A stretch of DNA of 31,170 nucleotides, from IMG/VR virus record IMGVR_UViG_3300030372_000087, positions 1-31,170 of that record; one strand, 5' to 3'. Positions 17,557 to 25,090 of the stretch are shown here, piece by piece. The position numbers and the translations under genes were made by a program. Within the stretch, counting starts at the first letter, position 1. Each line of letters starts with the position of its first letter. Origin of the DNA: a virus. Lineage: Duplodnaviria > Caudoviricetes. The notes under the pieces were generated by a model. That model saw only the letters and a program-made list of their open reading frames with translations, made no database searches and was not told the DNA's origin.

Positions 17557-18266
17557 GAAAATATCTATTTTTATTTATTATCTGTTTACCGATTTATGCA
17601 GCAGATAATGAAATCTTTATTGATCAAAGTTCAGGTGCTTCTAATTCAAACATAGATTTAGAACAACTTGGTTCTGGCAATATTATAGGGGGTGCTGATG
17701 CAGTAGCAGGCACTATGACAGATTTAAATTTAATCGGTACAGGGTTAACATTAGACATAAATCAGATCGGTGACACAAATAAATTCTTAGGCGACATAGT
17801 CTCAGATTCGTACACTGGCTTTTTTGAGTTTGATGGTAACAGCAATACTTTTAACATGAACACAGATAAGACAAACACATACGGTGCTGACTCGTCTAAT
17901 GTGAATGTTGACGTTACTGGCAATAGTAACACTTTTACCTTAAATCAAGCCACCACTGCTTTAGCTAGTACACTAGACTTAGATTGGATAATTAATGGTT
18001 CTAGTAATAGTATTACATCAGCTATAGATATAGATAGTGCTACTAATTATATGGATATAGACGGTTCTGATAATACTGTAACTTATGATGGAGATGGTTA
18101 TGCTGGTGGTTACTTTTGGTTAGACCATACAGGCAGCAATAGAACATTCAATATTCAACAACAAAGCACTTTAGACAATGATTGGCTCAAGATTATTAGT
18201 TCTGGCACTAGCACTTCAACTGTGTGTGTTATTCAAAACGACCAAGGCACAAGCACAGGCTGTTGA
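17553..18266 (+). CDS. Secreted curlin-like (CsgA/CsgB-type) beta-solenoid protein, 237 aa
   Basis: GGAGG RBS and ATGA overlap with csgG. Signal peptide MRKYLFLFIICLPIYA. Periodic G-x-x-N turns (QLGSGN, QIGDTN, FDGNSN, VTGNSN, INGSSN, IDGSDN) between alternating-hydrophobic strands. D/N/S/T/G-rich. Confidence 0.65.
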   Translation: MRKYLFLFIICLPIYAADNEIFIDQSSGASNSNIDLEQLGSGNIIGGADAVAGTMTDLNLIGTGLTLDINQIGDTNKFLGDIVSDSYTGFFEFDGNSNTFNMNTDKTNTYGADSSNVNVDVTGNSNTFTLNQATTALASTLDLDWIINGSSNSITSAIDIDSATNYMDIDGSDNTVTYDGDGYAGGYFWLDHTGSNRTFNIQQQSTLDNDWLKIISSGTSTSTVCVIQNDQGTSTGC

Positions 18267-19299
18267 TATAGGCTCTATAAGTGAGCTGAGAGGTAATGCC
18301 CAAGTAGTAAGGGATAAACCATATGGTGCTGAAATAGACTTCGGCATACTTAGTTACGACAAAGTAGAAACTGCTAACGGACGTATGGGTATTACGTTTA
18401 TAGATGAGACACAGATACGATTAACAGAAAACTCTAGAGTGTTAATAGATGAGTTTGTATTTGATCCTAACCCTGATAAATCTAAAATGGCTTTAACTTT
18501 TGCTAAAGGCACTGCAAGATTTGTTACTGGTAAATTAAACAAAGTAAAAAAGAAAAATATAAAAATAAGAACAAACAGTGCAACTATCGGTATAAGGGGA
18601 ACGGATTTTACAATCACTGTGGACGAGCTGGGTAGATCTCTTGTCATATTGCTCCCAGACGAGAACGGTATATCTAGTGGTGAAATAACAGTAGAAACTG
18701 CCATGGGAATGGTTGTTCTTAATAAACCTTATCAATCTACTGTAGCAACAGTATATGAACAAGCACCAACTAAACCTGTTATTTTAGACATAACATTAGA
18801 ACTAATCGATAATATGTTAATAGTTAATCCTCCAAAGATTAAAGAAGATTTACAAGAAAGTAACCAACAACAAACTACAGCAGATTATTTAGACTTTAAT
18901 GATTTAGATATAGATTTTTTAGCTGAGGATTTTCTAAATAATGAATCAGAACTAGAATTTACAGAGCTCGATATAAACTACTTAGATGTTAATTTTTTAG
19001 AAGACTTACTCAATATAATCGATGCTTTAGCCATCGAAGAAGAAGAGGATCAATTAAGCAAACTTGCCACAGGAATCACTATAGCGGGTACAGATATAGG
19101 TCAAGATAAAGATACACAGATAACCACTATAATAACAGGTCAGCTTATAAGTGTCCGTAGAACGGTAGGTCAATCACTTCGATTAGATTTAGATGGATCT
19201 AGTTCCTACACATTAGTTCTTTTACAAGATGGTGTAGAAAATGTTATAAAAGTAAACGGTGGTTCATCTAATACAATTACAATTAAGCAAGGTAGTTAG
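18178..19299 (+). CDS. Secreted FecR-domain protein (373 aa)
   Basis: Signal peptide ending AQAQA. IGSISELRGNAQVVR...DKVETANG...FIDETQIRLTENS...GTARFVTG...IRTNSATIGIRGTDF is the FecR-domain pattern. Acidic linker and beta-rich C-terminus. Confidence 0.8.
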   Translation: MIGSRLLVLALALQLCVLFKTTKAQAQAVDIGSISELRGNAQVVRDKPYGAEIDFGILSYDKVETANGRMGITFIDETQIRLTENSRVLIDEFVFDPNPDKSKMALTFAKGTARFVTGKLNKVKKKNIKIRTNSATIGIRGTDFTITVDELGRSLVILLPDENGISSGEITVETAMGMVVLNKPYQSTVATVYEQAPTKPVILDITLELIDNMLIVNPPKIKEDLQESNQQQTTADYLDFNDLDIDFLAEDFLNNESELEFTELDINYLDVNFLEDLLNIIDALAIEEEEDQLSKLATGITIAGTDIGQDKDTQITTIITGQLISVRRTVGQSLRLDLDGSSSYTLVLLQDGVENVIKVNGGSSNTITIKQGS

Positions 19300-19371
19300 T
19301 CAACAAGATACTAAAAAAATGTGTGGAATTAAGTTAAACTTACTAAAATTTATAAAGGCGGAGAGGAGAGT

Positions 19372-19851
19372 ATGAAAGCATTACTTAAAAATTTAGTCGG
19401 ATCAGTAGCACCAACACTAGGAACAGCACTCGGTGGACCGATGGGAGGGATGGCTGCTAATATGATAGCTGATGTATTAGGTTGTAAGAATGAACCTAAA
19501 GAAATACAAAAAGCTATAGATAACGCCACTCCAGAACAGATGCTAGAGCTTAAAAAGGCAGAGGCTGAGTTTGAGTTAAAAATGAAAGAGCTAGAGGTGG
19601 ATGTGTTTAAACTAGAAGTTCAAGATACACAAAACGCTAGACAAACTTTTTCTAGAGACTGGACAGCCAGAATTATAGGTATAGCTGTAGTAGGTGGATT
19701 TATGGGGTACATATTTTTAGTAACTATACAACCACCAGAGCAAAACTCAGAAGCTTTGATTAATTTAGTTTTAGGGTACTTAGGAGGTTTGGCATCAGCC
19801 ATAATAAGTTTTTACTTCGGAGCATCTAACTCACCAGACAAAAATGACTAA
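19372..19851 (+). CDS. Holin-like membrane protein (3TM/GTA-type)
   Basis: GGAGAGGAG RBS. VAPTLGTALGGPMGG N-terminus, DTQNARQ, and two TM segments ending IISFYFGAS. Directly upstream of the lysozyme. Confidence 0.7.
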   Translation: MKALLKNLVGSVAPTLGTALGGPMGGMAANMIADVLGCKNEPKEIQKAIDNATPEQMLELKKAEAEFELKMKELEVDVFKLEVQDTQNARQTFSRDWTARIIGIAVVGGFMGYIFLVTIQPPEQNSEALINLVLGYLGGLASAIISFYFGASNSPDKND

Positions 19852-20296
19852 GATGAAGATATCTGAAGAAGGTTTAGCTCTTATTAAAAAGTTTGAAGGT
19901 TGTGAGCTAGAAGCTTATCAAGATTCTGTAGGTGTTTGGACAATAGGTTATGGACACACTAAAGATGTAAAAGAAGGTGATAAAATTAATAAAGATGAAG
20001 CCTTACACCTTTTAGCAGAAGAGATGCCTGAATATGAAGGGTATATAAACGACATGGTCAAAGTAGAGCTAACTCAGTGTCAGTTTGATGGTTTAGTTTG
20101 TTGGGTGTATAATCTTGGTCCAACCAATCTTGGAGAGTCAACTATGTTAAAAGTTCTCAATGAGGGAAAATACAGTGAAGTTCCTGCACAAATGAGAAGA
20201 TGGAACAAAGCTGGTGGTGAAGTTTTAAAAGGGTTAATAAGAAGAAGAGAAGCTGAGTCTCTGTTGTTTGAGGGTAAAGATTGGTATGAGGTGTAA
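19844..20296 (+). CDS. Endolysin, GH24 phage lysozyme
   Basis: EGLALIKKFEG-CELEAYQD-SVGVWTIGYGHT carries the E-x8-D-x5-T catalytic triad. Also QFDGLVCWVYNLG and WNKAGG...GLIRRREAE. No SAR or signal segment. Confidence 0.95.
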   Translation: MTKMKISEEGLALIKKFEGCELEAYQDSVGVWTIGYGHTKDVKEGDKINKDEALHLLAEEMPEYEGYINDMVKVELTQCQFDGLVCWVYNLGPTNLGESTMLKVLNEGKYSEVPAQMRRWNKAGGEVLKGLIRRREAESLLFEGKDWYEV

Positions 20297-20298
20297 TT

Positions 20299-22164
20299 AT
20301 GGCACTAAGCAAATTTATATTTAGACCTGGAATAAATAGAGAAGGAACTGAATACGATAATGAGGGTGGCTGGTTTGACTCAAACTTAATACGTTTTAGA
20401 AACGGTAGAGTACAAAAAATAGGTGGCTGGGCAAAAGATACATTATCAACTTATTTAGGAAAGGCAAGAGCACTTCATGCTTGGGTGTCTTTAGAGGGTA
20501 GTAAATATTTAGGGTTAGGTACGACTTTTAAATATTATATAAAACAAGGCACAAACTTTGACGATGTTACACCTATTAGGTCTACAACTTCTGCAGGCGA
20601 TGTAACTTTTGCAGCAACTAATGGTAGTTCTACTATCACAGTAACAGATGCAAGCCATGGTGCTGTAACTAACGACTTCGTTACTTTTAGTGGTGCAGCA
20701 ACTTTAGGTGGTAATATCACTGCTGCTGTATTAAATCAAGAATATCAAATACTTCTAGTTACAGGAACGAACACATACACAATAACAGCTAAAGACACTT
20801 CTGGAACTACAGTCACAGCAAACGCTAGTGATAGTGGTAATGGAGGCAGTTCAGTGATCGGGGTATATCAAATAAACGTAGGGCTAGATGTTTTCGTGGG
20901 GTCTACAGGTTGGGGTACAGGAACATGGGGAGCAAGTACGTGGGGGAGCTCTAATGCTATATCAGCTAGTAATCAACTAAGGTTATGGACACATGATCAC
21001 TTTGGTGAAAACCTTATAATGAATGTAAGGGGTGGCGGTATATATAGATGGTTAGAAAATAGTGGCACAAGCACAAGAGCAGTAGAGCTGTCTGGTGTTG
21101 GTGGAGCCAATAAGGTTCCCACACTAGGTCTTCAAGCTATAACTTCAGAGAAAGATAGACACTTGATTATATTAGGAGCAGATGCGATGGATGGTTCTGT
21201 GAGAGGTGGAGCGATTGATCCTATGTTAATAGCTTTTAGTGACCAAGAAAATGATTTAGATTTTGATCCAAGAAGCACAAACACAGCAGGAGAACTAAGG
21301 TTATCCTCTGGTAGTAGTATTATTGGTGCTGTAAAATCTAGGCAAGAGATACTAATATGGACTGATACAGCTCTTTATAGCATGCAGTTTATTGGACCAC
21401 CGTTCACGTTTGGTGTAAATTTAATTAATGAAAATACAGGTTTAGTGGCACCTAAAGCAGCAGTTACTGCACCCAGTGGTGTTTATTGGATGGGTTATGA
21501 CAATTTTTACGTTTACACAGGTTCTGTAAGGAAAGTGCCATGCAGCATACTAAGTTATGTATTCGACGATTTTAATTCAAGTCAAGCTTTCAAAACACAT
21601 GCTTTTACTAACACTCAGTACGATGAAGTGGGCTGGTATTATTGCTCTGGTAGTTCTGATGAAATAGATAGATATGTTATATATAATTATGTAGAAAATG
21701 TTTGGGCTTATGGACAACTGAGAAGATATGCTTGGTTAGACGCTGGTGTAGAACCTTATCCTAGAGCTACTAATGATTCGCTACTTTACGAACATGAGAC
21801 AGGATACGATGATGATGGAAGTCCTATGACTAACGTTTTTGTTGAGTCAAGCGACTTTGATATAGGAGATGGAGAACAGTTTGCTTTTATAAATAGAATG
21901 ATTCCTGACATACGTTTTTTAAGTAACAGTAGTGGCGGTCAAGTAAATATAGTTTTAAAGACACGTAATTTTCCAGGAGACACATTAACTACAAACAGCA
22001 CATCAGCTATCAGTAGTAGCACTCAACAATCACACGTAAGAGCAAGAGCAAGACAAGCTGTAGTAAGGATAGAATCTGATGATGATAATGTGCCAGCAAA
22101 CACAGCAACAGGCTGGAGATTAGGAGCAACACGTTTAGATGTAAGGACTGACGGTAGAAGATGA
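20299..22164 (+). CDS. Tail nozzle / packaged-DNA stabilisation protein (P22 gp10/T7 gp12-like), 621 aa
   Basis: FRPGINREGTEY...WFDSNLIRFRNG N-terminus, beta-propeller-like repeats (LIAFSDQE, ILIWTDTALY, VYWMG) and WRLGATRLDVRTDGRR end. Precedes the ejection-protein genes. Confidence 0.65.
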   Translation: MALSKFIFRPGINREGTEYDNEGGWFDSNLIRFRNGRVQKIGGWAKDTLSTYLGKARALHAWVSLEGSKYLGLGTTFKYYIKQGTNFDDVTPIRSTTSAGDVTFAATNGSSTITVTDASHGAVTNDFVTFSGAATLGGNITAAVLNQEYQILLVTGTNTYTITAKDTSGTTVTANASDSGNGGSSVIGVYQINVGLDVFVGSTGWGTGTWGASTWGSSNAISASNQLRLWTHDHFGENLIMNVRGGGIYRWLENSGTSTRAVELSGVGGANKVPTLGLQAITSEKDRHLIILGADAMDGSVRGGAIDPMLIAFSDQENDLDFDPRSTNTAGELRLSSGSSIIGAVKSRQEILIWTDTALYSMQFIGPPFTFGVNLINENTGLVAPKAAVTAPSGVYWMGYDNFYVYTGSVRKVPCSILSYVFDDFNSSQAFKTHAFTNTQYDEVGWYYCSGSSDEIDRYVIYNYVENVWAYGQLRRYAWLDAGVEPYPRATNDSLLYEHETGYDDDGSPMTNVFVESSDFDIGDGEQFAFINRMIPDIRFLSNSSGGQVNIVLKTRNFPGDTLTTNSTSAISSSTQQSHVRARARQAVVRIESDDDNVPANTATGWRLGATRLDVRTDGRR

Positions 22165-22490
22165 GTAAGTTGTTAGTCACTAGACTACCATTAGAGATGG
22201 ATGAGGTAGTCAACTCAGAGACATTTAATCGATTAGTAAGAATATTAGAAATAAACTTAGGAGAGTTTGACCCTGATAATATACGTCAAATAGATGATAC
22301 TACTAAAGGTCAAGCACAGTTTAATGCAGGAAGTTTAGTATGGAACACAAATAATGAGTCACTAGAAGTTTACAGTGGCAATCAGTGGATAACTATTACT
22401 ACACCTAAAATAAATAAAGGTTTATCAGCTACTGGCTCAGTAGGGGAAGTTACATTAAAAATAGCAGGAGCAACGAGTATTTCATTATGA
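22161..22490 (+). CDS. Small tail-associated protein (109 aa)
   Basis: ATGA overlap. GSLVWNTNNESLEVYSGNQW fibre-type motif. Confidence 0.6.
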   Translation: MSKLLVTRLPLEMDEVVNSETFNRLVRILEINLGEFDPDNIRQIDDTTKGQAQFNAGSLVWNTNNESLEVYSGNQWITITTPKINKGLSATGSVGEVTLKIAGATSISL

Positions 22491-22550
22491 TATATACAAC
22501 TTTGTTCAAATTAGTTAAACTAAATCTAATCAGGAGTTAAACAAAGGACT

Positions 22551-23777
22551 ATGCAGACTACAGGGCTAGAAAGTTTAGAAGGTTTAGCAGACGCACGTTA
22601 CGAATTAGCTATCCATGGTCGCTATGGCGACAATATGATTGGCCACCTTACACCTGGAGAGATGGTCTTACCTAGACCTTTAGCGGATGACCCTGTACTA
22701 AAAAGACAATTATTTGATGCTTTTGAGCGTCATGAACTTAATCCTTATCAATACCAAGTAGGACACTTTGAAAACTCAATAAACCCACTAACAGGTGCAC
22801 CTGAGTTTGGTTTCTTTAAAAAGTTAGGTAAATCAATTAAAAAAGCAGCACCAACTATTGGTCAGGTGGTAGGCTTTGCTATAGGTGGACCAGCAGGAGC
22901 AGCAATAGGTGGTGGTATAGGTGGCGGTATAAAAGAGGGTAATTTAAAAGGTGCTGCAAAAGGTGCTGCTCAAGGCTACATGTTAGGTAATGTTGCAGCT
23001 GGTTTTGGTGTCAAAGGTGGTGGTGGATTAGGTTCACTTAACCCATTTAACAAAGCAGGTATGTTTAGAAGTCTCAACCCAGCAGTTTCTTCAATACAAT
23101 CAGGTACGCAAGGAACTATAGGTGGCTTCTTTCAAGACATTGGTGCATCAGGTGCAGGAATGTTACGTGGGGCGAGTGCAGGTCTGCCAGGAGCAGGTTC
23201 ACAGTTTGCATTTACAGGATTAGGTGATAGTTATGATGCGTTAAGCGGTATGGGTAAAGTAGGTGCAGGTTTAGTAGGTTTGACAGCACTCGGCGGACTT
23301 GAAGGTGGAGAAAATAACGCACGTATGCCTGGACCGAGTGGAGCACAAGGTGGTTACTTACAGAATCCACTTAGACCAGCAGTATTACCCACTCAATACG
23401 GAACTCAGGGTGTAGGAGTAGGTTCACCCACCTATATGGGTACAGGCATAAGCTCAAGCGGAATGTTAGACCCAGCTACTGCTGCATACTTACGAGCAAC
23501 TTTAGGGGATGAAGAATATAGTAAACTGATGTTTCCTGAATTTAATGAAGGCGGTGTAATGGATATGAGAGCAGTCGGTGGAGATATAGAAGACCCTGAC
23601 GGTGCTGGTGATACAGACACGGTAAATGCAATACTAGCAGACGGTGAGTTTGTTATGACTAAACAAGCTGTAGCTGGTTTAGGTGACGGTGACCACGAAG
23701 CAGGAATAAAAAGACTTTACGCAATGATGGAGAAAAACGAAAATAAAGCAAAACAAATGGGTATAGGGAGAGCTTAA
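22551..23777 (+). CDS. Probable internal virion/DNA-ejection protein (408 aa)
   Basis: HLTPGEMV...SINPLTGAPEF N-terminal domain, hydrophobic Gly/Ala-rich core (GGPAGAAIGGGIGG) and C-terminal DTVNAILADGEFVMT domain. Confidence 0.6.
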   Translation: MQTTGLESLEGLADARYELAIHGRYGDNMIGHLTPGEMVLPRPLADDPVLKRQLFDAFERHELNPYQYQVGHFENSINPLTGAPEFGFFKKLGKSIKKAAPTIGQVVGFAIGGPAGAAIGGGIGGGIKEGNLKGAAKGAAQGYMLGNVAAGFGVKGGGGLGSLNPFNKAGMFRSLNPAVSSIQSGTQGTIGGFFQDIGASGAGMLRGASAGLPGAGSQFAFTGLGDSYDALSGMGKVGAGLVGLTALGGLEGGENNARMPGPSGAQGGYLQNPLRPAVLPTQYGTQGVGVGSPTYMGTGISSSGMLDPATAAYLRATLGDEEYSKLMFPEFNEGGVMDMRAVGGDIEDPDGAGDTDTVNAILADGEFVMTKQAVAGLGDGDHEAGIKRLYAMMEKNENKAKQMGIGRA

Positions 23778-25090
23778 TGGCAGAGACAACAAGTTATCAA
23801 AGAACAGAAACACTACCCCCTAATATGCTGGGTCAGTTTTTTGCTGGGGTTCCTGGACAGAATGTTCCTGGAATATTACCTCTATTAAACCAAGACTTAG
23901 TGAATAAAATTATGGGCTTTGGTGTTGCTGGTGCTAACCCATTTACATACACAGGTCAACGTATAGCTGGGTTTACACCAGCACAGGAAGAAGCTTTCCG
24001 TCTTACTGCTCAAGGTGTAGGCGGTTATCAACCTTTTATACAAGGTGCACAAGAAGCCGTAACAGGTGGATTAGGAACCGCAGAAGATGCTTTTAATACA
24101 TCTACAGGTTTGATAGGAGATGCCATACGTGCGGGAGAAACCAGCACTATGGCTGGAATGGATTTATTAGGTAGAGTGCCAGGAATAGCAGGACGTGCAA
24201 CTGGTATGGGAGTAGGTCAACTATTAGGTGCAGGCAGAGGTTTAGGCACAGCAGCAGATGTAGGGTTCGGCTCTACTAGAATGTTTGACCCTAGTGGTAT
24301 AGAAAGTTTTTACAACCCTTTTGAAGATCAAGTAGTACAACAAACACTAAAAGATGTGCGTGAAGGTTTAGCTCAAGGTGATATAGCTAGAAGAGCTAGT
24401 GCTATAGGTTCTGGTGCTTTCGGTGGATCACGTAGTAGATTAGTCGGTGAAGAACTAGCAGAATCTGCAGCGAGAGGTGCAGCAGAAAGAGTAGGAGCTA
24501 TAAGATCAGCAGGCTTTGGTGATGCGGCACGTAGAGCACAGTCAGCTTTTGAAACACAACAAGCAAGGCAAGCAGGTCAAGCTAATTTGTTAGGACGTTT
24601 AGCTGGTCAACAGGCAGGCATAGGTACAGCGTTAGCTGGATTAGGAACTAACTTTGGTAATCTATTAGGTAGAACTGCTGGCGGTATAGGTGCTTTAGGT
24701 GGTAACTTAGCTAATATCCTTGGTCGTGGTGCTAGAGACATACAAACAGGTGGAGTAAATCTAGGTCAATTAGGGTTAGGAGCAGGATCACAGTTAGCAG
24801 GTTTAGGTTCACTTGGTAGTTCACTAGCAGGCACAGATATTAACAGACTACTAGGTATGGGCGGTATGCAACAAGGATTAGATCAAAGAGGTCTTGACTT
24901 AGCCTTCGGTAATTTTGTAGGTCAGTATAATCTACCTATGCAAACTATCGGAGCAGCAGCAGGGTTAGCAAGTGGTTTAGCCCCAGCTTTAGGAGGCACT
25001 ACTTTACAATCAGGTATGACAGGTAATGATACGAACCCATTAATGCAAGCTTTAGGCACAGCAGCCACACTTTATGGAGCTACTAAATAA
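23777..25090 (+). CDS. Probable DNA transfer/ejection protein, Gly/Ala/Gln-rich (437 aa)
   Basis: YTGQRIAGFTPAQ, FYNPFEDQVVQQ, GAFGGSR and C-terminal ALGTAATLYG are typical of podovirus DNA-transfer proteins. Confidence 0.65.
   Translation: MAETTSYQRTETLPPNMLGQFFAGVPGQNVPGILPLLNQDLVNKIMGFGVAGANPFTYTGQRIAGFTPAQEEAFRLTAQGVGGYQPFIQGAQEAVTGGLGTAEDAFNTSTGLIGDAIRAGETSTMAGMDLLGRVPGIAGRATGMGVGQLLGAGRGLGTAADVGFGSTRMFDPSGIESFYNPFEDQVVQQTLKDVREGLAQGDIARRASAIGSGAFGGSRSRLVGEELAESAARGAAERVGAIRSAGFGDAARRAQSAFETQQARQAGQANLLGRLAGQQAGIGTALAGLGTNFGNLLGRTAGGIGALGGNLANILGRGARDIQTGGVNLGQLGLGAGSQLAGLGSLGSSLAGTDINRLLGMGGMQQGLDQRGLDLAFGNFVGQYNLPMQTIGAAAGLASGLAPALGGTTLQSGMTGNDTNPLMQALGTAATLYGATK

Noticed and set aside
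15985-19299. Curli block as bacterial contamination or a prophage boundary
   Set aside because: It is translationally coupled to the upstream phage ORF (TAATG), has similar composition, and is flanked on both sides by virion and lysis genes on the same strand. A read-level check is still advisable.
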